Assembly (NCBI GenBank): GCA_964291395.2
Contig: OZ219858.1
Coordinates: 768,001 to 832,000 of the forward strand
Reading direction: 5' to 3'
DNA length: 64,000 bases
From: Alphaproteobacteria bacterium
GTDB taxonomy: Bacteria > Pseudomonadota > Alphaproteobacteria > UBA2966
Shown: piece by piece, positions 42,100 through 51,229 of the stretch
How the letters are laid out: every line of letters begins with the position of its first letter
How positions within the stretch are numbered: the first letter of the stretch is position 1
Made by a program: the position numbers and the translations under genes
Notes under the pieces: model-generated
The model's input: the letters and a program-made list of their open reading frames with translations, nothing else
Databases searched by the model: none
Told to the model about the DNA's origin: nothing

Positions 42100-43524
42100 A
42101 TGAGCAAAGCAATCACCGCGGGGACCGCGGCGGTCACTTTGGCGCTGCTTTCCGGCGCGGCGCTGGCCGACGACATGGTCTACGCCGGCTTCCCCGTGAC
42201 CGTGAAAGGGTACAGCGGCAGTAAAACGACGTCGGTCTCCTACACCGGGCAGGTCGCCCGTCACGTTCTTCACGATTCGCTGAAGAAACTCGCCGGCTCC
42301 GGCAACGGAAAGCCCAATCCGGAACTGAAGGCCAAGATGATGGCCTACTTCGGCGGGAAGGACGCCGGACGCGAGATCATCGCGCCGGCGACCAAGGGGC
42401 CGTTCGCGATCTCCCAGTCGGCGGTCGACGAGATCAGCAAGGGGAAGAACCTGTCCGGCAAGACGTTCAAGGCCGCCGTCACGGGCATGCCGAACGGCAT
42501 GATCGGCCCGGAGCTGGTCGAATTCTGGATCGACAAGGCGTCGTCCGCCAACAAGGGATTCGACAAGGACAACGGTTACGATTATCCGCAACTGATCTCC
42601 AAGTACGTCATGGGCGCGGTGTTCTACAACCAGGCCGCCGACGGCTATCTGGACGAGTATCTCAGCGCGGACAAAAAGCCCAACGACAAGCCCTACAAGG
42701 ATGGAGCGGCCTACACCGGGAAAGAGCACTCTTGGGACGAGGCCTTCGGCTATTTCGGGACGCCGGCCCACACGCTGAAGCTCACGCCGAAGCAGGTCTA
42801 CGGCATCGCGAAGCGCAAGTCCGAGGCTTTCGCGGACGCCGACTACAACAAGGACGGGAAGGTGGATCTGAGAACCGAAATGACGTTCGGTCCGGCCTAT
42901 TACGCCGCGGGGTTCGACGCCTCCGTCTACGACAAGAGCAACGGAACCAGCTACCTGCACACGATCACGAAGGCCTTCCTCGACGGCCGCAAGCTGCTCA
43001 CGGACGCCAAGGGCGAGAAGCTGACGGACGAACAGCGCGACCAGCTGAAGCGCCATGCTTCGGTCATCACGCGGAATTGGGAGAAGGTCCTGGCCGAGGC
43101 AACCTTCAAGTATGCGGGTTCGGTCTACAAGGACATGGTGAAGCTCCAGACCATCGTGGACTCCGGCGGAGACCCGAGCAAGGCGTTCCGCGCGTACGCG
43201 AAGCACTGGGGAGAGCTCAAGGGCTTCGCCCTCGCGTTGCAGTCCGGCAAGGACAACCTCGGCGAGACGGCGACGAGGCTGAACCGGATGATCGGCGCCG
43301 GCCCGCTGCTGCTCAACGCCAGCCAGGTCGTCGACATCGACAGCCAGGGCAACTACGTTCGCGACCAGGGACCGGACTGGGGCGAGTACATGCTCCACAT
43401 GGCCAAGGTGCAGAAGCTGATGATCGACCAGTTCGGCGTCCAGGCGCGCAACAACGACGTGACGGGAGAGATGGCGGCGTTGGCCGGCCAGCTCGGCGAC
43501 AAGGCGTCCGCCGAAAACGACTAG
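42100..43524 (+). CDS. Secreted DUF4856-like protein (iron-regulated)
   Basis: Signal peptide ending ALA-DD, SVSYTGQ.AR, QLISK..MGAVFYNQ, EHSWDEAFGYFG, KHWGELKGF motifs. Confidence 0.78.
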   Translation: MSKAITAGTAAVTLALLSGAALADDMVYAGFPVTVKGYSGSKTTSVSYTGQVARHVLHDSLKKLAGSGNGKPNPELKAKMMAYFGGKDAGREIIAPATKGPFAISQSAVDEISKGKNLSGKTFKAAVTGMPNGMIGPELVEFWIDKASSANKGFDKDNGYDYPQLISKYVMGAVFYNQAADGYLDEYLSADKKPNDKPYKDGAAYTGKEHSWDEAFGYFGTPAHTLKLTPKQVYGIAKRKSEAFADADYNKDGKVDLRTEMTFGPAYYAAGFDASVYDKSNGTSYLHTITKAFLDGRKLLTDAKGEKLTDEQRDQLKRHASVITRNWEKVLAEATFKYAGSVYKDMVKLQTIVDSGGDPSKAFRAYAKHWGELKGFALALQSGKDNLGETATRLNRMIGAGPLLLNASQVVDIDSQGNYVRDQGPDWGEYMLHMAKVQKLMIDQFGVQARNNDVTGEMAALAGQLGDKASAEND

Positions 43525-43550
43525 GACGGTTCCGGTTTGACCGGAAGCGC

Positions 43551-43678
43551 CAGGGAACAGGTGTCGGACCCGGACGAGCGATAATGCGGGGTCCGACACC
43601 GATCCCTGCACCAGCTTCCCGCCGTAAGAAACCGCGGGCAGGGGCCGGAACGACGGCGTCCCGGCCCCCGTGGTTTTT
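43551..43678 (+). terminator. Two tandem intercistronic hairpins (stabiliser or partial terminator)
   Basis: GGTGTCGGACCC/GGGTCCGACACC 12-bp stem; GGGGCCGG/CCGGCCCC stem followed by GTGGTTTTT. Confidence 0.6.
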
Positions 43679-43696
43679 CCCGGGGATAGGTTGATC

Positions 43697-45712
43697 ATGG
43701 ACGCCCTGTTCGTCGATTACGTCGACCGTCTGGCCGACCAGCTCCTCAACCCGCAGAAGCGGGTTTTCATCGGCTACCTGGCAAGCGCTTTGGTTCTGGC
43801 ACTCGGAGTCCGGGTGTTCGCCGCCAGAACGACGCTCCTTCGAGCGCCGGCCCGGATATTCAGCGCCAGGGTCTGGTGGTCCCGGTCGGCGAAGGCGGAC
43901 TACAAGATCGCCGCCCTCAATCAGGCGATCATGATGGGCGTGGCCCCGCGCCTGATTTCCCAACTGGCGGTGGCCACCCTCCTGTTCGAAGCCATGCACG
44001 TTTGGTTCGGCGGGCGTCCCCTCGTCTGGCTCGAAGTGCCCGGCTGGGCGGTTGCCGGCGTGTTTACCGTCGTGCTTTTCCTCCTCGATGACGCGACCAA
44101 GTATCTGCTCCACCGATGCCTCCACGCATCGCCCGTCCTGTGGTGTTTCCACAAGGTTCACCACACGGCGGAGACGATGACTCCGTTCACGGTGTATCGC
44201 ACCCACCCGGTCGAGGCCGTGCTCTTCGCCTTGCGCGCCACCTTGGTGCAGGCGGTCGCCATGGCGGCGTTCTTCTTCTTTCTGGGCGACCGCGTGGAGC
44301 TGATGACGGTATTCGGAGCCAACGTGATCCTGTTCGTGTTCAACGTCGCCGGATCGAATCTCCGTCACTCCCACGTATGGATCTCCTATGGACGCGTCAT
44401 CGAGCACGTCCTGATCTCGCCGGCACAGCACCAGATCCACCACTCCGTCGATCCGCGGCACCACGATCGGAACTTCGGAACCGTGCTGGCGATTTGGGAT
44501 TGGATGGGGCATAGCCTGTGTCTTGCCGAACGCGGGCATGAAATCCGCTATGGGGTGACGGGCGCCGCGCCCGAGCCTCACGGTTTGAAGGCCGTCTATC
44601 TCGAACCCTTTCGGGAAGCCGTCGCGGGCTTGTCCGGACTACGATGCTGGAGACCTGTCAAGATGTTTTCCTCGCTGAATTCCCGGCCGCTCCGCCGGAG
44701 CGGTATCGCCATCCTCGCCGCCGCGCTGGCAACCGTGCTCGAAGCGGCCGCGTCCGGCGCTTCGTCGCAGGACCTCAACATCTATTCGCACCGCCAACCG
44801 TTCCTGATCAACCCGTTCATCGAGGCGTACGAGGAGCGGACCGATGTGACGATCAACATCGTCTTCGCCTCCAAGGGACTGGCGCAGCGCCTTCAGGCGG
44901 AGGGACCGCGGAGCCCGGCGGACGTCGTGCTGACGGTCGATATCGCCCGTCTCCATACGTACGCCGACAAGGACCTCCTGGCGCCCGTCGAGTCGGCCGT
45001 TCTGACGAAGAACATCCCGCCTCATCTGCGCGATCCCGGCAACCGTTGGTTCGCCTTTTCCAAGCGGGCCCGCGTGATCGTCGTCTCGAAAAAGGCGGAG
45101 GACGGCTTCTCGATCAAGAGCTATGAGGATCTGACGGATCCCAAGTGGAAAGGCCGCATCTGCGCGCGGCCGGGCAGTCACGTGTACAACAGGGCCCTGA
45201 TCGCCTCCTTGATCGAATCCCGGGGCGAGGAAGGGGCACAGGCCTGGGCGCAGGGCCTGTTCGACAACCTGGCGCGACGGCCGCAAGGCAACGACCGGGC
45301 GCAGGTGAAGGCGATCTACGAGGGCGTGTGCGACGTCGCCATCATCAACAACTACTATTACGGAAAACTGAAGCGGTCCGACGTACCCGAACAACGCGAG
45401 TGGGCGGCGGCCGTGCGCCTGATCTTTCCAAATCAGGACGGCCGCGGAACGCATGTCAATATTTCGGGCGGAGGCGTCGCCAAGCATTCCAAGAACAAGG
45501 AACGAGCGGTTCACTTCCTGGAGTTCTTGACATCCGAGACCGCTCAGAAGCTGTATGGCTCCATCAATTACGAGTATCCGGTGAATCCGGCCGTCGAGCC
45601 GTCGGACGAGCTGAAGTCCTGGGGAGCGTTCAAGGAAGATCAGATGCCCATCGCCCGTATCGCCGAATTGGCCCCACAGGCGCAGCGCGTCATCGACCGC
45701 GTGGGATGGTGA
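43697..45712 (+). CDS. Fusion: sterol desaturase/fatty-acid hydroxylase family domain + FutA/FbpA Fe(III)-binding protein
   Basis: His boxes HRCLH, HKVHH, HSH, HQIHH; then a signal-like stretch from Met 44663; then NIYSHRQ, SPADVVLTVD, HVYN, NNYYYG, HVNISG; no stop between domains. Confidence 0.85.
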   Translation: MDALFVDYVDRLADQLLNPQKRVFIGYLASALVLALGVRVFAARTTLLRAPARIFSARVWWSRSAKADYKIAALNQAIMMGVAPRLISQLAVATLLFEAMHVWFGGRPLVWLEVPGWAVAGVFTVVLFLLDDATKYLLHRCLHASPVLWCFHKVHHTAETMTPFTVYRTHPVEAVLFALRATLVQAVAMAAFFFFLGDRVELMTVFGANVILFVFNVAGSNLRHSHVWISYGRVIEHVLISPAQHQIHHSVDPRHHDRNFGTVLAIWDWMGHSLCLAERGHEIRYGVTGAAPEPHGLKAVYLEPFREAVAGLSGLRCWRPVKMFSSLNSRPLRRSGIAILAAALATVLEAAASGASSQDLNIYSHRQPFLINPFIEAYEERTDVTINIVFASKGLAQRLQAEGPRSPADVVLTVDIARLHTYADKDLLAPVESAVLTKNIPPHLRDPGNRWFAFSKRARVIVVSKKAEDGFSIKSYEDLTDPKWKGRICARPGSHVYNRALIASLIESRGEEGAQAWAQGLFDNLARRPQGNDRAQVKAIYEGVCDVAIINNYYYGKLKRSDVPEQREWAAAVRLIFPNQDGRGTHVNISGGGVAKHSKNKERAVHFLEFLTSETAQKLYGSINYEYPVNPAVEPSDELKSWGAFKEDQMPIARIAELAPQAQRVIDRVGW

Positions 45713-47385
45713 GCCAAGCCGCTCTCGGCGGCGCCACGAAGGCCGGAAATCGGGTTACGCCCTGGACCCTCGCGGCGGTCGCCCTCGCGCTCGTATTCTT
45801 CGCGCCGATTCTCTCGGTGTTCGCCGCCGCGACGGGCGATAGCGGCGGGCTGTGGGATCATCTGTTCCGGACCGTGTTCCCGCGCTACGTGGCCAACACG
45901 TTGACCCTGATGGCCGGAGTCGGCTCCGTCAGCCTGTTGTTCGGAGTGGCGGCCGCGTGGGTGGTTCACCGATACGCGTTCCCGGGCAGAGCGATCCTGC
46001 AATGGATGCTGCTGCTGCCCGCCGCGGTCCCGACCTACCTCATCGCCTATACCTACACGGACTTTCTCGAGTATGCCGGGCCCCTGCAACAGGTGCTGCG
46101 CGACATGTTCGGATGGCGAAATGCCCGAGACTACTGGTTCCCGGAAATCCGTTCCATGGGGGGCGCCTCGCTCGTGCTCGGCGCGGTTCTCTATCCCTAC
46201 GTCTACATGATGGCCCGCACGGCATTCCTGTTGACGCCGGCCGGGCTGTTCGAGGTCGGAATGCTCGCCAAGCGAAATCTCTTCTTCAACGTCGCGCTGC
46301 CGCTGGCCCGGCCGGCCATCGTCGCGGGGTTGGCTTTGGTGTTGATGGAGACGATCTCGGAGTTCGGCGCCGTCGAGTACTTTGCCATCGAGACCATCAC
46401 GCTGGGCATCTTCAACGTCTGGCTCGGCATGAACAGCCTGCCCGCGGCCGCCCAAATCGCCTCCGTCTCCACGCTCTTCATCGTCGCCCTCCTGTGCGTC
46501 GAGCTGCTGGCGCGCTCCCGCAGACGGTTTACCAACACCAGCCGGAAGACCATGCCGCTGGCCGCGACCCCAGTGGGCGGATTGAAGGCTCTCGCCTGCG
46601 CCGCCGTGTGCCTGACGCCCGTGGTGGTCGGTTTCGTGATTCCCGCCGGACTCCTGTCGGGCTTCGTCCTTCAGGGACACTCGCTCGAATTCGACAGCGG
46701 CGTGGTGACCGCGTCCCTCAACTCCATCGCCCTTGCCGGGGCCGTGGCGTTCTTCGTCATCGCGTCGGCGGCGTTCATGGGACTCGTCGCCCACTACCAG
46801 GGCGGCGTCCCGCTGAAGCGCCTGACCGCCCTCGCCTCGGTCGGCTACGCATTCCCCGGCACGATCCTCGCCATCGGCGTGATCACGGTGGGCGGAGCGA
46901 TCGACGACGGCATCGGCGCGTTCGTCGAGAACACCCTGGGCCTGTCCTATCAGGGCTGGTTGACCGGGGGCATCGGCCTCGTCGCCATTGCCTGCACCGT
47001 TCGATTTCAGGCCGTCGGCTACGGGGCGATTACGACGGGGCTCCAGCGGCTGCCGCCCAACATGATGGAAGCCAGCCGCTCTCTGGGACACACGTTCGCG
47101 CAGAGCCTGCGCGACGTCATCCTGCCGCTGCTCCGTCTCCCCCTGATCACGGGAGGGTTGCTGGTGTTCGTCGACGTGATGAAAGAGCTGCCCATGACGC
47201 TTCTGCTGCGGCCGTTCAATTACGAGACGCTGGCCACGTACGTGTATCAGTTCGCCAAGGACGAGTTGCTGGAAGAGGCGGCCCTGCCGGCGCTCTTCAT
47301 CGTCATCGTCGGCATCCTGCCGGTCATCGCGATGAACGCCATGCTGCGCAGGATCGCCCGGCAGGACACGTCCGCGCCCCGCTGA
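45706..47385 (+). CDS. fbpB: Fe(III) ABC transporter permease (FutB/FbpB)
   Basis: YWFPEIRS, LYPYVY, LPLARPAI, MEASRSLG, FVDVMKELP.TLLLRPFN.ETLA. Confidence 0.9.
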   Translation: MVSQAALGGATKAGNRVTPWTLAAVALALVFFAPILSVFAAATGDSGGLWDHLFRTVFPRYVANTLTLMAGVGSVSLLFGVAAAWVVHRYAFPGRAILQWMLLLPAAVPTYLIAYTYTDFLEYAGPLQQVLRDMFGWRNARDYWFPEIRSMGGASLVLGAVLYPYVYMMARTAFLLTPAGLFEVGMLAKRNLFFNVALPLARPAIVAGLALVLMETISEFGAVEYFAIETITLGIFNVWLGMNSLPAAAQIASVSTLFIVALLCVELLARSRRRFTNTSRKTMPLAATPVGGLKALACAAVCLTPVVVGFVIPAGLLSGFVLQGHSLEFDSGVVTASLNSIALAGAVAFFVIASAAFMGLVAHYQGGVPLKRLTALASVGYAFPGTILAIGVITVGGAIDDGIGAFVENTLGLSYQGWLTGGIGLVAIACTVRFQAVGYGAITTGLQRLPPNMMEASRSLGHTFAQSLRDVILPLLRLPLITGGLLVFVDVMKELPMTLLLRPFNYETLATYVYQFAKDELLEEAALPALFIVIVGILPVIAMNAMLRRIARQDTSAPR

Positions 47386-47399
47386 CCGGTCATCCCGTA

Positions 47400-47690
47400 C
47401 GGATACGTCTCTCCAAGCGGTCGAGACCGTTCTCCCGAAATCCGTCCTGGGAGTCCCGTCCTGGAACGCCGTTGGTGTCACACCGACGACGCTCCAGGAC
47501 TCGCTCCAGGCTCAGGGAGGCGAGCACCCGGCAAGGAGCACGACCAGTCGGCCGGCAACCACCATTGAGGTCAGTGATCCGAGAATGCTCGCTCTGGAGT
47601 GGGACAAACGCCGCAGGCACGAGGCCGTCGGCGGAGGACATGACCCGCTCGCCCTTCGTCACGGATCGGAAGACATTCCCGCGATCCGTG
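47400..47690 (-). ncRNA. Candidate iron-regulated structured sRNA
   Basis: Minus-strand TATAAT (47694-47699) abutting a Fur-like box; 9-bp stem 47660-47690; 20-bp hairpin 47458-47500; no recognisable protein. Confidence 0.35.
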
Positions 47691-47700
47691 CGCATTATAT

Positions 47701-47782
47701 TGCGAATTAGTCTTAATCGCATGATGCGTCATTCATGCGGGAAACGAGACCCCGAGTCAAGTGTTAATGCGAACTATTCGCA
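47701..47782. promoter_or_regulatory. Two orphan Fur-like boxes
   Basis: TGCGAATTAGTCTTA (47701-47715) and TGCGAACTATTCGCA (47768-47782). Confidence 0.65.
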
Positions 47783-48201
47783 AATTTTGTCGCATCCCGC
47801 CAGCCACTTGGATGACGGAGATCGGAAAGCCCCGCCCGCCGTCCTCGGTCCATAAGAATCGGTTATCCGGCTCCGAGGAAATCGGTATTGGTGGTCGTAC
47901 CGCGTCCTCCCCACGTCAATTCTAGAAAGTCCTCAGCAGATCGGGAGCAATCCGATGTTGGACAGACGCAGAGGCCTCAGAAAAATCATCACCACGGTCG
48001 GTCACATCGTGGGGAATTTCGTGTCCCGAGCCGGTGTGGAGACCCCGAAGAAGAGGCCACCCTCACGGCAGCAGGGCGAGGCACCGGACGGCGAGCATCG
48101 CCGGCGGGTGATCTATCGCTGCACCCTCTCGACGCCGCACCGCCTTAGCGGCTTCAGAATCTGGGACGCATAGGAGGACCCCTCGCAATAGGCCTCGACG
48201 A

Positions 48202-49032
48202 TCAGACCGGCCGATCACCCGCGACAGTGAACCTGTAGCCGTGCCGCACCTCGGGATGGTAGTCGAACATGGCGTAGTGCTGGGCGCAACGGTTGTCCCA
48301 GAACGCCACTGAATTCGCTCGCCATCTAAAGCGGCAATGGTACTTCGGCTGGCGGATGTGTTCGTAAAGCATCCCGAGGACGGCGTCGCTTTCGGCGGCA
48401 GTCACATCCTTGATGTGTGAGGTGAAGATCTCGTTCACGAACAAGGCCTTGCGCCCGGTCACAGGGTGGGTGCGCACAACCGGATGCTCCGAAACCGGCG
48501 GTGTCTCGTCCCGGAGCTGCGGGCTCTGCTCCTGGCGACCGTCGTAGACCTGTGGCGCGCTGTGCACCGCAGTGAGACCCGAGAGGAACTGTTGCATGGT
48601 GTCCGACAGATCCTCGTGAGCCGCATACATGCTGGCGAAAAGAGTGTCGCCGCCGGTGCTTGGCGCTTCCGTCAGGTAGAGGATGCTGCCCATCGGCGGC
48701 TCAGGGTCGCAGGACACGTCCGAGTGCCAGCCGCCGCTCCCCGCCGCGAATTTGGTCGTCTCGTCGGCGCGGATGATCAGCAGTTCGGGATGCCCCAGGT
48801 CTCCCGACCCGAACATGGGATGGATGTGCAATTCGCCGAACTGCCGTGCGAACACCTTGTGCTGATCGATGGTCATGTGCTGGTCACGGAAGAAGATGAC
48901 CTGATGCTCCATGAGAGCGTCGTGGACCTCCTTGAAGGTCTGGTTACCCAACGGCTTCGATAGGTCGATACCGCCGATCTCGGCACCGATGCGGGGGGTT
49001 ACGGGCTCGACGTGAATCGTCTCATAGGTCAT
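48202..49032 (-). CDS. TauD/TfdA family Fe(II)/2-oxoglutarate dioxygenase
   Basis: WHSD, GGDTLFASM, HPVVRTHPVTGRK, FWDNR..QH. Confidence 0.9.
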   Translation of the reverse strand: MTYETIHVEPVTPRIGAEIGGIDLSKPLGNQTFKEVHDALMEHQVIFFRDQHMTIDQHKVFARQFGELHIHPMFGSGDLGHPELLIIRADETTKFAAGSGGWHSDVSCDPEPPMGSILYLTEAPSTGGDTLFASMYAAHEDLSDTMQQFLSGLTAVHSAPQVYDGRQEQSPQLRDETPPVSEHPVVRTHPVTGRKALFVNEIFTSHIKDVTAAESDAVLGMLYEHIRQPKYHCRFRWRANSVAFWDNRCAQHYAMFDYHPEVRHGYRFTVAGDRPV

Positions 49033-49229
49033 GGCACACCCTTCCGAACGTTCGTTCGCGGCTGAGCGAACTACCCACCCACCGGTACAGCATACTACGC
49101 GGCTTTCGGGCACTGCTCGATAAACGACCGTTTTTTCCAGCACGACGAGAGAGCGCATCCCGGCGATGCTTTCGACCCCCACCTGACAACGATATGCTTG
49201 CGCGGCGCATCGGAAATCGAGAACCTGTC

Positions 49230-49865
49230 ATGATGAAACTGCTGAGCGCGAGTCCCAGCCCCTACGCCCGCAAGGTCCGGATCGTACTGGCCGAGAAAGG
49301 GCTCCCGTTCGAACTGCTCACCGAAGTGCCCTGGAACGCCGATACCACGACGCCGCGATACAATCCGCTCGAGAAGCTGCCGGTCCTGATCCTCGAGGAC
49401 GGAACGACGGTATACGAGTCGCGGCACATACTCGAATACCTGGAGGTCAAGTTTCCCCACCCGCCGATGTTTCCAGAGGCTCCAGACGACTTCCTGGCGG
49501 CCAAGCGGCTCGAAGTGCTGGCGGACGGCATCTGCGACGCCGCGGTGCTCGTCATTTTCGAACGTATGCGGCCCCAAGACAGTCGCAGCGTGCCTTGGGA
49601 GGCGCGTCAACGACGCAAGATCGAGGGCGGGTTCACGGAAGTCGCGCGCCTGGTTCCGGCCGACGGCTACTGCGTGGGTGGCGCCTTCGGCCTGGGCGAC
49701 ATCGCCGTCGGCGCGCTGCTCGACTACATCTCGTTGCGCTTGCCGGAGATCGATTGGTCCGACAAGTACGCGAATCTGGCCGGATTGCGCGAACGGTTGT
49801 CGCAACGGCCATCCTTTCAGGACACCGCACCGCGAGTCCAGCAGATCGACCCCGCGGTGGTCTAG
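49230..49865 (+). CDS. Glutathione S-transferase family protein
   Basis: SPYARKVRI, NPLEKLPVL, YESRHILEYL. Confidence 0.88.
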   Translation: MMKLLSASPSPYARKVRIVLAEKGLPFELLTEVPWNADTTTPRYNPLEKLPVLILEDGTTVYESRHILEYLEVKFPHPPMFPEAPDDFLAAKRLEVLADGICDAAVLVIFERMRPQDSRSVPWEARQRRKIEGGFTEVARLVPADGYCVGGAFGLGDIAVGALLDYISLRLPEIDWSDKYANLAGLRERLSQRPSFQDTAPRVQQIDPAVV

Positions 49866-50049
49866 AATCCCGGCTTTCGGTATCCGGGACTCAAATACGG
49901 TCGTGGTCCTCTCCGAGTTGGAAGGGCCGGGAGAGAAGTTGTGCGATCTATACCCATCCCCATGACAGCGACCACAGGGGGCTTGGTCTGCGCGTCCACC
50001 TCGAAGCTGCGGCCGCTCCGCACGATACAAGAAAACGACGGAGGCCTGG

Positions 50050-50817
50050 GTGACTGACAAAGACCTTTCAGGGCGTGTCGCTCTGGTGACAGGCGGCTCG
50101 CGGGGCATCGGCCGCGCGATCTGCCGGCGGCTCGCGCGGGCCGGTGCATGGGTGGCAATCAACCACTCGTCGAGCGACGAGGCCGCAGCGGAAACGCTAG
50201 CGCTGATCAGGGCCGGCGGCGGCGAAGGAGGCGTTTACAGGGCCGATGTATCGTCGTTTGAGGCGACCGATGCGATGTTCCAGAGCATCGAGGCCGACAA
50301 AGGCCCCGTCGATCTTCTGGTCACCAACGCCGGGATCGCCTCGTTTCAGGACGATGTCGACATGCCCGTCGATCTCTGGCGCCGCATCCTGTCCGTGAAT
50401 CTGGACGGCACGTTTCACTGCGTGTGGCGCGCCAAGGAGGGCATGCTGGCCCGCGGCGACGGGCGTATCGTCTGCATCTCCTCGGCCAACGGCCTGGCGC
50501 CGTCCAAGATCCGGCCGGACAGGCTGATCGCCTACGGCACGTCGAAATCCGCCGTCATCGGGTTCTCGCGCAACTGCGCGACCGCGTTGGGCCCCGCGAT
50601 CCGCGTCAACTGCGTCGCGCCGGGTCTGATCGACACGGATATGACAAGCGGCATGAGCGACGAGATGCGCCAGCGCATCATCGCGAGCACTCCCGCGGGC
50701 CGGACCGGCACGCCGGATGACATCGCCGGGCTCACCTACTTCTTGCTCAGCGACGCCGCAAGCTTCATCACAGGCCAAACCTATGTCGCCTCCGGCGGAC
50801 TGGTCACACTACCCTGA
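50050..50817 (+). CDS. SDR family oxidoreductase (FabG-like)
   Basis: TGGSRGIG, TNAGI, YGTSK, NCVAPGLIDT. Confidence 0.9.
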   Translation: MTDKDLSGRVALVTGGSRGIGRAICRRLARAGAWVAINHSSSDEAAAETLALIRAGGGEGGVYRADVSSFEATDAMFQSIEADKGPVDLLVTNAGIASFQDDVDMPVDLWRRILSVNLDGTFHCVWRAKEGMLARGDGRIVCISSANGLAPSKIRPDRLIAYGTSKSAVIGFSRNCATALGPAIRVNCVAPGLIDTDMTSGMSDEMRQRIIASTPAGRTGTPDDIAGLTYFLLSDAASFITGQTYVASGGLVTLP

Positions 50818-50940
50818 CGTGTTTGAGGGCTTCCCTTTTTCAGAGTTCGTTTGCCGGGATAACGTTTCCCTTCGATCACGATAAACGTCGGCAAACCCAT
50901 GGTACACGCACCGGGAACGGTCGACCGGCCGGCCCAAGGG

Positions 50941-51215
50941 CTAGTGAGCCTGCGCCGCGACCGCCGCGACGCGAGACGAGTTGACACGCAGATAGACGGC
51001 CATCAGCGCCGGGACGAGCAATATCAGTATCGCTGTCGCATGATGCCGACACCGAGCGACGCGGCGAAGGGGACAAGGAACTGGCCTGAATGGCCCGTTC
51101 GAGAATGAGGGGCGAAACCGAGGAAGGTGGTAAGCGAGGTCAGGGCGATGGGGCGAAAACGCGCCTCGGCGCCTTCGACGATGGCCGCCCCCGCGCCCAC
51201 CACCGCGCGGTTGAT
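50941..51215 (-). pseudogene. Decayed C-terminal fragment of an RND (AcrB-like) transporter
   Basis: AIVEGAEARFRPIALTSLTTFLGFAP / ILERAIQA / FLVPFAASLG.GI / ATAILILLVPAL across three indels. Confidence 0.72.
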
Positions 51216-51229
51216 CCGTCGCGAACCGC

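Noticed and set aside
47888-48173. Short ORFs downstream of the orphan Fur-like boxes
   Set aside because: No recognisable motifs, no convincing RBS, atypical codon usage.
50820-50900. Minus-strand MGLPTFIVIEGKRY fragment reminiscent of small mobile-element proteins
   Set aside because: Too short to support a call.
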